A stretch of DNA of 54,852 nt from a virus (IMGVR_UViG_3300022206_000004:1-54852), one strand, 5' to 3'. Shown: positions 18,901-28,698, numbered from the stretch's first letter. Notes: generated by a model not told the origin, from the sequence alone. A program made the numbers and translations.

Positions 18901-19231
18901 CCGTTATCTCAGCCATCAGTACCTGAATGTTCTCATTAATGTCAACACCGATATGACCGGAGACCTTTTTCTCCTTGACCTCAGTGAGATTCAGAATCTG
19001 AGTGGCTAGGTTGTTTGCACGTTCGATATGACCCAACTCTAGGGCTTCAACAAGTATAGCCCTCTTTATCTGCCAAGAGGCTGAGTTAAGAACCTTCCGC
19101 AGTTGAGTCGCTGAGGTAGCAGTGACTACCAGGTCCAAGACATCACCAAGTATCTCCTTGACACGGAGTCTCTCGACCTGCCTGTGTGTCTGCATACCAC
19201 CATCTTTTCGTTGCTTCTTAGGCTGTCTCAC
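18758..19231 (-). CDS. Probable terminase small subunit
   Basis: 157-aa helical protein directly upstream of, and overlapping, terL. Confidence 0.55.
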   Translation of the reverse strand: MRQPKKQRKDGGMQTHRQVERLRVKEILGDVLDLVVTATSATQLRKVLNSASWQIKRAILVEALELGHIERANNLATQILNLTEVKEKKVSGHIGVDINENIQVLMAEITDVPFEVLEERARQLRERRLIGGSSDRGGDEAPGPVEVLVVEDGEVSQ

Positions 19232-19240
19232 AGTAACCCC

Positions 19241-19417
19241 CTACACGGTGTCTTTGTGGAGGATTATCATGGTAACGGTATTGCTGTCTCCAACAACACT
19301 GATGTCAACTATGGTCTGCGTCGTGTCATCTATCGTTTCAAGATAGGTTTCAGCAGCAGCAGCTACTTCAGTTGGCGTACCACGGATGACTTTGTCTGTG
19401 ATAATGTAATTGGGCAT
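19241..19417 (-). CDS. Small protein (58 aa), paralog of 19427..19594
   Basis: Hand translation MPNYIITDKVIRGTPTEVAAAAETYLETIDDTTQTIVDISVVGDSNTVTMIILHKDTV; AGGAG RBS. Confidence 0.75.
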   Translation of the reverse strand: MPNYIITDKVIRGTPTEVAAAAETYLETIDDTTQTIVDISVVGDSNTVTMIILHKDTV

Positions 19418-19426
19418 CAGTATCTC

Positions 19427-19594
19427 CTATGCTTCGTGTAGAATTATGTAGGTAACAAAGTTGCTGTCACCAACAACACCAAAGTAATATAAGGTCTTCG
19501 TATTGTCTATTGTCTGCAGATATGTCTCTGCCTCTGCAGCAGCAGCAGTCGGAGTACCCCTTATTACCTTGTCTGTAATTGCGTAAAGTGCCAT
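19427..19594 (-). CDS. Small protein (55 aa), paralog of 19241..19417
   Basis: Hand translation MALYAITDKVIRGTPTAAAAEAETYLQTIDNTKTLYYFGVVGDSNFVTYIILHEA; AGGAGG RBS. Confidence 0.75.
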   Translation of the reverse strand: MALYAITDKVIRGTPTAAAAEAETYLQTIDNTKTLYYFGVVGDSNFVTYIILHEA

Positions 19595-19603
19595 TAATAC
19601 CTC

Positions 19604-19846
19604 CTAAAAAATTTTTACTGTTACCTTCTTAAACTCCTCTACCGTTCTAACCCACGCTTTCTCAAACGCCTCTGCTATCTCCTCACTGTTGTAAACTTGT
19701 CTCAAACGTTTGTGAGGAAGTTCTTTCATGAAATGGTACAGGAGTTCGTCGTGAACCTTGTCTTCGTGGTACTCGTAAACAACATCTTCGTAGTTATTGC
19801 CAATTAAAGTCTTGATATGCTTGATAATAGCAAACCGTAGTGACAT
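19604..19846 (-). CDS. Hypothetical protein
   Basis: 80-aa ORF abutting the upstream stop codon. Confidence 0.6.
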   Translation of the reverse strand: MSLRFAIIKHIKTLIGNNYEDVVYEYHEDKVHDELLYHFMKELPHKRLRQVYNSEEIAEAFEKAWVRTVEEFKKVTVKIF

Positions 19847-20374
19847 CTACAATCCTTTCACCAAGGCAATCAAATGCCCTATTAATGGTAAGCTCTGGAG
19901 CCATTCACCAAATGACCCAACCTGGTTGTAGGTAGCCCTCTGTGCGTTCCACACAGCCTGAGCTACCTGTTCCTGTGTTAGTCCACCACCACCACCAACG
20001 ATTGTGGTGTCAACTGCACCCAACTGCAGTGCTGTATCCGCAGAACCAACCTCACACCTTACTGGCCTGCTGCTAAGACCACCAGCAACGTTACCATCCT
20101 TAACGGTACCAAGGTTAACACCGTCCCAAAACTCAATATACCAGTCAGCATGTAGAGTCATTGTGATGCCACCAGGTACTCCTGATACAAGTTCAACCTT
20201 ACCCTCAGCGTCAGTGACCGCATCTTGGAGTGTAGCCACCTGACCACCAAAAGCTATACCCTCAGGTGTGTCCTCAGCGGCTCTTATTGCATCTACTAAT
20301 TCCTGAACGGTAACAGTGGTTGTGGGACTCGTTATATAAATGACCTCAGTGTAATAATCTACTAATATCGGCAT
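19847..20374 (-). CDS. Putative virion accessory protein
   Basis: 175 aa, GGAGG RBS, GGGGLT.EQVAQAVW motif; co-oriented with large beta-rich genes. Confidence 0.6.
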   Translation of the reverse strand: MPILVDYYTEVIYITSPTTTVTVQELVDAIRAAEDTPEGIAFGGQVATLQDAVTDAEGKVELVSGVPGGITMTLHADWYIEFWDGVNLGTVKDGNVAGGLSSRPVRCEVGSADTALQLGAVDTTIVGGGGGLTQEQVAQAVWNAQRATYNQVGSFGEWLQSLPLIGHLIALVKGL

Positions 20375-20552
20375 TTACTTGTTCCTCCAGCCGTCTTGCA
20401 GCCTCTGCTTCACGTTCCTTCTGCTTGAGGGTGTCAATCATCTCGTAGAACTTGCTAATGGTTGCACGTTCCTGTTTGATAGCCTCTTCAAATGTCTTTA
20501 TGTTTTCCTTCGCATGTTCTATACCTCGCTCCAATCCCTCAATGCTGTGCAT
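20346..20552 (-). CDS. Small coiled-coil protein (possible fibre chaperone)
   Basis: 68-aa heptad pattern; AGGAG RBS. Confidence 0.55.
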   Translation of the reverse strand: MHSIEGLERGIEHAKENIKTFEEAIKQERATISKFYEMIDTLKQKEREAEAARRLEEQVNADISRLLH

Positions 20553-20561
20553 AGCCGCTCC

Positions 20562-23126
20562 TTATGTTATGATGGTATCTATGGTCCGAACAGTCGGGAT
20601 TGACTGATCAGTACCAGATGTTGAACCATCAGAACTGTATGGTTTTATTGGACCGTTGACAAGGTCTGTCTCCCTGGTATTCCTCACCTTAACCCTGAAG
20701 TAGAATGCTGATCCTGGGTACACCAGTGAGGCACTTGAGGAACTAGCCGTCGGATATTCATGGATGACACAGTTATAACAGTCATCAGAAGATGTAACAG
20801 CTATTGGCACACAGTTAATTTCAATGTGGTCACCAATAGGTGACCCCGAAAAGGCTGGGTATATTGTGCAGTTATCGTTATCAGTTATCTTTGTGATGTA
20901 ACTAACCTCGTCAAGATCATGGTTATATACCAAATCACCACGTTGGGCATTGGTAAAAGCACCAGTCTCCTGCAGAGTTGTCGTTGTACCACCAGTAAGA
21001 GTAGCAATGTCTATGTTAGCCAGTGTGTAAACACCGGAAGCATATGAGGAATACCTTATGACGTACTCCTTATTCTGGTCGCTGTTATCAATCAAAACTA
21101 TGCGCCCTACAGATGGTGACCAAACAGGAATACCAGTGCCTGAGCAATCAAGGCTTGTATCACCAATGGCCTCACCGCCAACGCAGTTCATTGCGTACAC
21201 AGCGTCTGTCGGGTCCTTATCAATGTCCCCGCCTGAACCAGTCAGTGGGTATACAGCAACTAGGTCGGCATCGTCATTAGTTCTTGCGTTACCCCATACG
21301 TTGGTAACCTCAATAACGATAGACGTTGGACGCTGCCTTGAGGTACCCTCTATGTCAACAAGGATGAAGGAGTTCTCATCAGTAGATTTATAATCAATCA
21401 GGAGAGCGCCCCTTGCACCAAAGAAGGTCCCACCAGCGAATGTCCCTAACGGGGCAGCAACGGAAGCAGCAAAGTTACCAGCCTCGTCCGGGGTAAACGT
21501 ATCTGAGTCATCGTCTGCGTCAATGGTGTCACTAGCATTAAACGATCCCCTAGTAGAACGCAGAAGAACAACATCATTTGTGGTGTCGTGAGAGATGATT
21601 ACGCCAGTGGCTAGAGTATTCTGCTGAGTCACAGACTCACCCTCACCGATGGTACCAGTCATACCTGAGTACCCGAAGTATGCTGTACCACCCTCGTACT
21701 CCTCGCCCTGTACTCCTGATTCAGCGGTTTCTATAACACCACCAGTCCCCTGACCGAACTGGCAAATGTATTTTAACCACTGATAAACCTCTGTCAGGGG
21801 ATTTTGGTTACAGTCAATAGTTATGCCGTAATGCTCGTCAACCGTATCGTTGTCGATGTCGGCAACCGCATTCTGAAATAGAATGGTTGGCACACCTGAG
21901 CCAGTAAACCACCCAGAAGCAGCGGGACCGTCATCTGCCGGGGAGCCAGTTGCAGTAGCCGAACCTGACCCAGCGCCCTGACTTGTGATGGCAGAAGTGT
22001 TATTAAAAGCCGCAAGTTCACCACCAACCGCATCCTTGGTAATAGGCCAATACACAATCTCAGAGTTTACCGTAGAGTTCGTGAGGTCTATGATACCACG
22101 GGCTAAGGTGGTAGCCTGCTGGATAACCTCACCATTAACAAACGTTCCAGTCCAAGCACCAGTTGAAATCTTTTTTGTACCGTGACCCCTACCTGAGTCA
22201 GCCGAATAACCAGCGTCAAGGTCGAGAGAAGTCTGAAGCGGAATTGGGTTCCTACCACCTGAGGTGGTTGAGGTCGAGACCTCAAAGCTTGAGAATAGAT
22301 CACCACCCTTGCGACCAAAGACCCTCATTTTTCCACCGTCAATTACAGCCCAGGTTGCTGAGTCATACTCCTTAATAGGAACACATATATCGAAGTGTCC
22401 GTTTGCCCAGTAATCCAGGGATGTGCTGTTAATACTGTAGAGTCTGGCACTGGCATCTGTTGTTAACCTCGCACCCTGGTAAACGTAGAGGTGTACCTCA
22501 GGATCAATGTTACCAATGGAGTACAGGTTGGCCCAGATCATCTCACCAGAGGTATTGCTATCTGAACCCTGAGTGAAGGTGTGAGCGGAAGCCTCAGTTG
22601 ATGTGATCACCTGAGAGGCAGTGGTAAACGCATCTCCAGCAGCACTTGAGTCCGGGCGAATCACAAGGTATTCATCTACACCATCACTGATAACCTCCAA
22701 GAGCGTTCCGCTCCCTGTCGTAGCGCCAGTGACAGTGTAGCCAAGGTCTATGTCAGCCATGTTTGTATTAGTACCCTTGACTATGACAATTCCAGTGTTT
22801 GTGCCAGTGGCACGTAACCAGCCGTTGGTTCTTAATGAGCCTCCGGTGATTCTCTCCATCAGTTCAAAGGTGATGTAAAACGGATCATTGTCACCAGAGT
22901 CAATCTTACCGATGGTATACTCAACCGGGGTATCTGCGAAGAAGCAGGTGCCGTCATCAGACTGATCAGGCTCATCCTGCAAGTTCTGCATAGCTGAGTA
23001 TAGCTGGTTTATGGTGTACGTTCCGCTTGACCCCTCCCAGGTCAGCATCTTACTGCGGTTGTTGGATAACCACCATACGCCAACGTCACCGCTGAGAATT
23101 GTTGTGTCTGGACTTTTAGCTGCCAT
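20562..23126 (-). CDS. Large T/G/S/D-rich virion structural protein (fibre/spike-like)
   Basis: 854 aa, beta-rich, with repeated GE.(V/I).Q/G motifs. Confidence 0.65.
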   Translation of the reverse strand: MAAKSPDTTILSGDVGVWWLSNNRSKMLTWEGSSGTYTINQLYSAMQNLQDEPDQSDDGTCFFADTPVEYTIGKIDSGDNDPFYITFELMERITGGSLRTNGWLRATGTNTGIVIVKGTNTNMADIDLGYTVTGATTGSGTLLEVISDGVDEYLVIRPDSSAAGDAFTTASQVITSTEASAHTFTQGSDSNTSGEMIWANLYSIGNIDPEVHLYVYQGARLTTDASARLYSINSTSLDYWANGHFDICVPIKEYDSATWAVIDGGKMRVFGRKGGDLFSSFEVSTSTTSGGRNPIPLQTSLDLDAGYSADSGRGHGTKKISTGAWTGTFVNGEVIQQATTLARGIIDLTNSTVNSEIVYWPITKDAVGGELAAFNNTSAITSQGAGSGSATATGSPADDGPAASGWFTGSGVPTILFQNAVADIDNDTVDEHYGITIDCNQNPLTEVYQWLKYICQFGQGTGGVIETAESGVQGEEYEGGTAYFGYSGMTGTIGEGESVTQQNTLATGVIISHDTTNDVVLLRSTRGSFNASDTIDADDDSDTFTPDEAGNFAASVAAPLGTFAGGTFFGARGALLIDYKSTDENSFILVDIEGTSRQRPTSIVIEVTNVWGNARTNDDADLVAVYPLTGSGGDIDKDPTDAVYAMNCVGGEAIGDTSLDCSGTGIPVWSPSVGRIVLIDNSDQNKEYVIRYSSYASGVYTLANIDIATLTGGTTTTLQETGAFTNAQRGDLVYNHDLDEVSYITKITDNDNCTIYPAFSGSPIGDHIEINCVPIAVTSSDDCYNCVIHEYPTASSSSASLVYPGSAFYFRVKVRNTRETDLVNGPIKPYSSDGSTSGTDQSIPTVRTIDTIIT

Positions 23127-23138
23127 CGTTTACCTCCA

Positions 23139-25277
23139 TTAAGTTGCGTTGTTAGGGTCCTCTTTTAGAATAACACTAAGAGTGTACCCCCCAGATTCTA
23201 TCTTTCCAAGGGTAGAGAAGTTAACGTAGTTCGTTCCCCCACTAGCCTTTCTCACCCTAACCTCTATATCCTGATCTCCCACATAGTTATATGATGCCTG
23301 AGCTATGCCCAAGGCACTTGTATCTTCGTTCATTAACTCTGTTCTGCTTGCATCATCGGTGTATATTGATGTCTGTGCATCCTGTATTACCACGCCAGCT
23401 TCGTCTTTTACCGTGATTGTCAGGTTCACGGAGTTTACTATATTAACAGAACCCTTGGGCTGTGTCTGCATAGTATAGGTAGCTGGGTTGGAATCGGTAG
23501 CGTTAATCTTAACGTACCCGTCCCTATTGACAAAGAACCTACAATCGTAGGTCTGGCTTGACCATGAGCTAACGTATGTATTGCAGGTCTCGCTACCAGA
23601 CCCAGCGGTTAGATATTCAACCTCAAGCCTGTTGGAGGAGTCTCCACCAGTGTACTCCACTGATATGTGGTAATCTGTAGCTGCTACCAGGGTGTACTCG
23701 TCTATAAACTCAAACTCAGCCATGTCAAAAGACGTGGTTAGATCAGCTATGTCGTAAGCTTTACTTGTGGCTAGTGCGGTGCCAGTGGGCGCTCCCCCGG
23801 AGTTTGCATACAGTTTTATGTATACGCTTCCAGTAGGTGAACCCTGTTTTCTAATACTAAATGAGGCGTGTGTTAGCTGACCTGCTGTAGCAGTAAATTG
23901 CTGTGCAACCCTAGTGATTGAACCGCTATAAACATCTACGTCACCATCCTCTGTGGGAGCGTATTGGTCAACCAATGTGGCAAGTGAGCCTACAATGAAT
24001 AAGTCGTAGAGGTTACCTGAAAAGTACAAGTCAGTAAATCCATAGGTACCCGCAGCCCAAATATCAATACCAGCAGCGCCAGTATCAGCGTTGGCGATAA
24101 AGTTACATTTTTGTACGTTTATACTACTATTCCACTTAAGCGCCCCTTGGGATGGCTGACAGTTGATGAAGTCTACGTTTCGTATAATTGGTGCGCCAAC
24201 CGGGTCAAACGTGCCGCACCTGGTAACTGACCCACCATAAAATAAGTGCTGGGCATCGTCCCCCATGTTTATACCGCCAGAGATGTTGCTAAACTGAGTG
24301 CCGTACAGCCTAGTTAGTGAGCTTGCGTTGCTACCACCGTACAAGTCAATCGCCACAGAAAGATCATCATGACCAATGAATGTACTACCATCACGACCAC
24401 CGTCGGTGCCAACCAGCACACCGTCATCAAAGGTAGTGGTATAGCTTGAGTCATCTTCTATGACAATACCAGCGTAGGTACTTGGGTGTGATATGACCCA
24501 TGCGGAACTATAGTAGTACTCAGATGTCCCGAATTTAATGATTGGACCAGCGGTTTCAGTAAAAGACTGAGCCGCAGCCACAACACCATCCTCACCGAAC
24601 CAGATGGTGCCGTACACATAGTATATGCCCTCCCTTTCCTGAACGCACCCCCAGGCCCTATTTGAGTAGTCAGTACAGTAGGATACTATGTCTGACCATG
24701 GTGTGGTTGATGTTCCAGTAACCCTAAGCCCTTTACCAACAGACATCATATCAATTAAGATATTGTTACCCTTGGCAAGTGCGGTTATATCTAGGTCAAC
24801 CCAAATATAATTGATATTTCCAACGTCAAAAGACCCGCTATCAGACACAGTCCCAGGCTTTGTTGGATCAATAACAAAGCACTTCCAGTCACCAGTCCAT
24901 CCATTGGTTGCATCTCCAGCCGCAATCATAAACGTGCGGAAGTCAGCACCAGCAGATGTTCCAAAACAAACAGTCAATCCACCGTTTGTTATTGTCTCAT
25001 GGAGGTAAATTGTAGATGTCTGAATCCAGATGTAAAGGAACTGACCCTCTTCATTCCCACCAGTATCAAAGTCTAATGCAGATGATAGTGCGTACTGCTG
25101 TCTACCAGTCTTATTTGAATAGGCACCCGCTATACATCCGCTCCCTGTCAGGTAGGCATCCTGTCCGTATTCTATGGCACCACCACCAACCTCAGTCCAC
25201 GTACCACCTGCAGAGTCAGATAGTCCATCACAGTTGGCAATTACGCCAGTGCCTTCCCACGCTATTGTCAAAGCCAT
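23139..25277 (-). CDS. Large virion protein (tailspike/receptor-binding-like)
   Basis: 712 aa with a beta-helix-like middle, a VAQQF...G.PTG...LY carbohydrate-binding-like module and an Ig-like C-terminus. Confidence 0.6.
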   Translation of the reverse strand: MALTIAWEGTGVIANCDGLSDSAGGTWTEVGGGAIEYGQDAYLTGSGCIAGAYSNKTGRQQYALSSALDFDTGGNEEGQFLYIWIQTSTIYLHETITNGGLTVCFGTSAGADFRTFMIAAGDATNGWTGDWKCFVIDPTKPGTVSDSGSFDVGNINYIWVDLDITALAKGNNILIDMMSVGKGLRVTGTSTTPWSDIVSYCTDYSNRAWGCVQEREGIYYVYGTIWFGEDGVVAAAQSFTETAGPIIKFGTSEYYYSSAWVISHPSTYAGIVIEDDSSYTTTFDDGVLVGTDGGRDGSTFIGHDDLSVAIDLYGGSNASSLTRLYGTQFSNISGGINMGDDAQHLFYGGSVTRCGTFDPVGAPIIRNVDFINCQPSQGALKWNSSINVQKCNFIANADTGAAGIDIWAAGTYGFTDLYFSGNLYDLFIVGSLATLVDQYAPTEDGDVDVYSGSITRVAQQFTATAGQLTHASFSIRKQGSPTGSVYIKLYANSGGAPTGTALATSKAYDIADLTTSFDMAEFEFIDEYTLVAATDYHISVEYTGGDSSNRLEVEYLTAGSGSETCNTYVSSWSSQTYDCRFFVNRDGYVKINATDSNPATYTMQTQPKGSVNIVNSVNLTITVKDEAGVVIQDAQTSIYTDDASRTELMNEDTSALGIAQASYNYVGDQDIEVRVRKASGGTNYVNFSTLGKIESGGYTLSVILKEDPNNAT

Positions 25278-25280
25278 ATC

Positions 25281-25712
25281 TTACCACCCCATTGCGGCTC
25301 TACCATCCCATGAGCCTACTATCGGTCCTTGGATGCGAGTTGGGTTGTTCCCCGTAAAGGTAAACTTCCAAACAAACCAGTTAGTATCTGAAGTTGCCGC
25401 CCCAATAGTAGTGTGAAAACCCTTATATAACGGGTTGTTACCAGAAAACTCAAACCGCTGTTCCTTCCAATAATTGGCGGCAAGCAGCTTCTCAATATCA
25501 CCCATCTCCACGGTGAGGTCATCAGCGTAGATCATGGGTTGAACCATCTTCTCCCATTGGAGGGTGGTGGTATTCCAAACATACTGTATTACAGCTAGAC
25601 CTCCGGTAAGGTCCTCCATATCAAGAGGCTTTATCTCGTCCGTGTCTTTATCTAGTGCGCCAAGGAGAACATACTTATCTGTATGTGCCTGTATGTTGTC
25701 ACTCTTTGCCAT
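25281..25712 (-). CDS. Putative virion protein
   Basis: ATG at 25712 with GGAGG RBS; C-terminal Y.G...W...KF...GSWD.R motif. Confidence 0.6.
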   Translation of the reverse strand: MAKSDNIQAHTDKYVLLGALDKDTDEIKPLDMEDLTGGLAVIQYVWNTTTLQWEKMVQPMIYADDLTVEMGDIEKLLAANYWKEQRFEFSGNNPLYKGFHTTIGAATSDTNWFVWKFTFTGNNPTRIQGPIVGSWDGRAAMGW

Positions 25713-25725
25713 GTGATCCTCCAAT

Positions 25726-25770
25726 AAAAAACCCCATCTTATGTAGTATATATACTACTTAAGACAGGGT
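25726..25770 (-). terminator. Long hairpin plus U-tract upstream of the virion gene block
   Basis: Minus strand ACCCTGTCTTAAGTAGTATATATACTACATAAGATGGGGTTTTTT. Confidence 0.6.
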
Positions 25771-25805
25771 CTATAATAGTCCCTAAGACTGACTATAAAC
25801 GTCTA

Positions 25806-26047
25806 TTATTTAAATTTGAAGTAGTTCATCATCTTGTACTCTATCTCTTCCATCGTTGGAATGTGATTCTGGTGAATCATGCCAACTCCACGGCAGATAG
25901 GGCAAGGTCTTGGGTGCTTCCACAAATGGTCACCATTCCCCTGAGAGAGCATAACCTTCCCTGAGTTTTTACACAATGGGCATTCTATGTGCTTCTTCAT
26001 GTAGCAGCACACATCTGCAATCGTAATTTCAGTGTCTTCTGGCATCT
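25806..26047 (-). CDS. Small zinc-finger protein (DnaJ-like CxxCxGxG)
   Basis: CPLCKNSG and CPICRGVG; likely start MPEDT near 26046 (approximate). Confidence 0.55.
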
Positions 26048-26352
26048 GCTCCCCCTGACATAATCGTTTGAGCCAACTCACCAAATCTGTCAAATATCTC
26101 TTCAAGTCTCTTCCTATCCTTCTCAGGTGGGGGGTTTTTCGGATCAAAGGCCAAGTATGGCTTGTACTTCCACTCTATCACTTCACTGTCAATATAGTTC
26201 ATGAAAAGCAGGCAGTACCCTACACACGCAGCGTCAGCTTTATCCAGGGCATGTTTCACAGACTCTATAGTCTGAAGATTCCATTTCTCCAGGTTGAACA
26301 TCTCCATTCGATTTCTCCCAGTTGAATTTGTCAGCCGATTCGTAGCAAACAC
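26029..26352 (-). CDS. Hypothetical protein
   Basis: Member of an overlapping chain of small ORFs; start uncertain. Confidence 0.5.
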   Translation of the reverse strand: MFATNRLTNSTGRNRMEMFNLEKWNLQTIESVKHALDKADAACVGYCLLFMNYIDSEVIEWKYKPYLAFDPKNPPPEKDRKRLEEIFDRFGELAQTIMSGGADARRH

Positions 26353-26506
26353 CGCACGGTTCGTCGGTTGCTAAACACCTATCAAAATATAAACAATCGT
26401 CACATGATTTATCAGACTGTGGTTCACCTGGGCCTCTTTCCTGACCCACATTAGGTTCAACAAAGGTCTCCTTCATCCCTTTCCTCCATACCAGAAATTT
26501 TTCCAC
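26240..26506 (-). CDS. Small Cys-rich protein
   Basis: CDDC...C...CGVC pattern. Confidence 0.5.
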   Translation of the reverse strand: MEKFLVWRKGMKETFVEPNVGQERGPGEPQSDKSCDDCLYFDRCLATDEPCGVCYESADKFNWEKSNGDVQPGEMESSDYRVCETCPG

Positions 26507-26741
26507 AACCTACACAGTATAGCTCTTCTTGGTCTTCACCTTCATAAAAGCGCCTGCTTTGACAGGCAGTACAAAAAAGCTTGTATTCCCTTCTGGTAGA
26601 GGGGTCAACCGCACCCCCCGGTGAGGGGGAGCATATAACCACTACAATCTCTGTAGAGATGCAGCGACCTTGTTCGTCATATTCACTTAGTGACATACTG
26701 GCTTCTCGCAATCTGGCTTGAACACCCAGCGCTTCCCGCAC
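26457..26741 (-). CDS. Small zinc-ribbon protein
   Basis: CTAC...CVGC. Confidence 0.5.
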   Translation of the reverse strand: MREALGVQARLREASMSLSEYDEQGRCISTEIVVVICSPSPGGAVDPSTRREYKLFCTACQSRRFYEGEDQEELYCVGCGKISGMEERDEGDLC

Positions 26742-26947
26742 CCAAGCCTACACTTAATTCGGTCAATCATAAACCTGCCAAGACACGGGTAGAAGCTCAT
26801 TGTCGTATGACACGGCTTGTTACAATCGGTACAAAAGATTTGCCATCCTTCTACGTACTTTAGGTTATGAACAACATGGAAACTACTTACAGAAGCTTCC
26901 TCGCCTGGTTTTTGTGACGGAGGGCCAAACCCTTCCCATTGTTCCAT
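26687..26947 (-). CDS. Small zinc-ribbon protein
   Basis: CTDC...CRLGC. Confidence 0.5.
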   Translation of the reverse strand: MEQWEGFGPPSQKPGEEASVSSFHVVHNLKYVEGWQIFCTDCNKPCHTTMSFYPCLGRFMIDRIKCRLGCGKRWVFKPDCEKPVCH

Positions 26948-27094
26948 TTTCTTGCCTGTCTGCGAGTGGGTTCAATACCAGCTAGGTCACACGCACCTAG
27001 AAAAACTACATCGGTCAATCTGGACTCTGCCCTCTTGTAGCGCCTCTCTGCCTCTACGTCAAGGGGTGGTGATGTCGGGAAACTATGCCACCAA

Positions 27095-27442
27095 CTAACT
27101 CCCATCGGACTCCTCCTTGCAGTTACAGTCCTCGCAACTACCCTCACATGCCGCTATCTTCTCTTTGTCTAACAGGTCCCGAACTTCATCGTTTGGGTAG
27201 AAGAAGCCACACTGAGGCTCGTTCTCCTCAACTACTGGGCGAAGCATTAGTGGTAAGATGTCGGGCTGTGTAGGCTCTTGTCCCAGTGCCTGAATCTTAT
27301 TCTGCCTTGGGACTGGCATCGGAAACACAGCGGGTGGATTATACGTACAGTAGCCACGCCCAACCTTCGGGGCCTTTGTCCCCTGTGGGGGTTTAGCTGC
27401 CCTGTACCAAACACAATGACCACATGCGAAATCCATCATCAC
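27095..27442 (-). CDS. Cys-rich hypothetical protein
   Basis: CGHC..Y...GYC...PP...P.V....CG.F pattern. Confidence 0.65.
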   Translation of the reverse strand: MMMDFACGHCVWYRAAKPPQGTKAPKVGRGYCTYNPPAVFPMPVPRQNKIQALGQEPTQPDILPLMLRPVVEENEPQCGFFYPNDEVRDLLDKEKIAACEGSCEDCNCKEESDGS

Positions 27443-27445
27443 TCC

Positions 27446-27688
27446 TTATGGTGATTCGTTAAAGTCAACTACCTTGGAGCCATCCTGGTAGCTCCCGTCA
27501 TAGCCGTCCTTAGCCCATCCCACTCCTTTCAAGTGGAACGATGACACGGACACAACCTTCTTAGCTGTAAGTCCACCACACTGGTCACACTCTATCTCAG
27601 TATGAAGCGGGGTAACCCTTGGGATAACCCTGTAAAACTTCTCATGAATCTTCCCGCAGGTATCACACTCAAATTCATAGTATGGCAT
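27446..27688 (-). CDS. FmdB-family zinc-ribbon protein
   Basis: MPYYEFECDTCG...CDQCG...F.LKG.GW...Y signature. Confidence 0.85.
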   Translation of the reverse strand: MPYYEFECDTCGKIHEKFYRVIPRVTPLHTEIECDQCGGLTAKKVVSVSSFHLKGVGWAKDGYDGSYQDGSKVVDFNESP

Positions 27689-27817
27689 TATCTTCTCCTG
27701 ATGACCTTCTTAAACCACTTTAAAAATCTCCACCGGACCCTGCAGCATGAGCATGGGGTGACTGATAACCAACCCTTAAAGGTTGTCACGTCCATCTCCA
27801 CGTTACACTCTCTGCAC

Positions 27818-28030
27818 TTAATCCAACACAATTTCATCAGGCGGGTATCTCCTTCCCTTCAGAGCCTGATAGAGGAATCGCTCGTCATCGGCTATGATTG
27901 TCATTGGAAAAGGATGCTTGTGCTGACCGGGGGACTTTACCATCCTGTACTCCCGGTTACAAGCGTACTTCATCACGGAGTTTTTCCTGTATGCTATCTT
28001 GCGGAGTATCTTGGCTTTCTTGCCGTTCAC
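27818..28030 (-). CDS. Small basic hypothetical protein
   Basis: MNGKKAKILRK...R.LY..LK pattern common in phage genes. Confidence 0.6.
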   Translation of the reverse strand: MNGKKAKILRKIAYRKNSVMKYACNREYRMVKSPGQHKHPFPMTIIADDERFLYQALKGRRYPPDEIVLD

Positions 28031-28153
28031 GGAGTTTCTCCCTTAGGATGTTAGCCCAATATATCACATTGCCATAATTCCCAACATGCCTGACATACTC
28101 TATACGCTTCATAACCTCTTCTATTGTCATGTGCTTGTGCTTATATATGCCCT

Positions 28154-28420
28154 TCATATCTTGACCACCCTATGCTTGAGGTTGTGGCGCTTAGTACGCC
28201 CGTTTCGCTTGATCCCCATGGATTTTAAATACTCCCAGTATTCGGTTAGGGAAATTCCGTTCTCCATGAAGTAAGTACGGATAACTTTAATGAGGGACTC
28301 AGGTTCGATCTGTATTAAGGTGGTTAGTGGATTCTCTTTAATAACGTCCCCGATTACCCTCGTACTTCCCACGTCAGCCACTGCTTTTCTCAAGTCTGTC
28401 CTCCAGTGCATGAGTATCAA
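28154..28420 (-). CDS. Hypothetical protein
   Basis: 88-aa ORF in an overlapping chain. Confidence 0.55.
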   Translation of the reverse strand: MILMHWRTDLRKAVADVGSTRVIGDVIKENPLTTLIQIEPESLIKVIRTYFMENGISLTEYWEYLKSMGIKRNGRTKRHNLKHRVVKI

Positions 28421-28613
28421 TGTAGATCACTCGCTCCTGGTGATCCTTGGCACACAGGTACAGCTTCCCACCGAAGTCAATCTTCTCGTAGTGAATCTGT
28501 CTACAACTGATGCCGCCATCATCTTCACGATACGGAACACTCATTGAGTATCCGCACAGGGCTAATCTCACTACCCTGTAAGTCTTCTCTACTGAGTACT
28601 TGTCCTCGCTCAT
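28374..28613 (-). CDS. Hypothetical protein, probably on a leaderless mRNA
   Basis: ATG lies 6 nt downstream of the TATAAT box; no SD sequence. Confidence 0.55.
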   Translation of the reverse strand: MSEDKYSVEKTYRVVRLALCGYSMSVPYREDDGGISCRQIHYEKIDFGGKLYLCAKDHQERVIYIDTHALEDRLEKSSG

Positions 28614-28619
28614 GTTTCT

Positions 28620-28647
28620 ATTATACTCCCCAGGCGAATAAAGTCAA
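28620..28647 (-). promoter_or_regulatory. Sigma70-type promoter, conserved motif copy 1
   Basis: TTGACT-TTATTCGCCTGGGGAG-TATAAT with a 16-nt spacer. Confidence 0.8.
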
Positions 28648-28698
28648 GGCTTTTTTAGTCTCAATACGAAAAAAATTAGTACGCAGACCAGTAGGACC

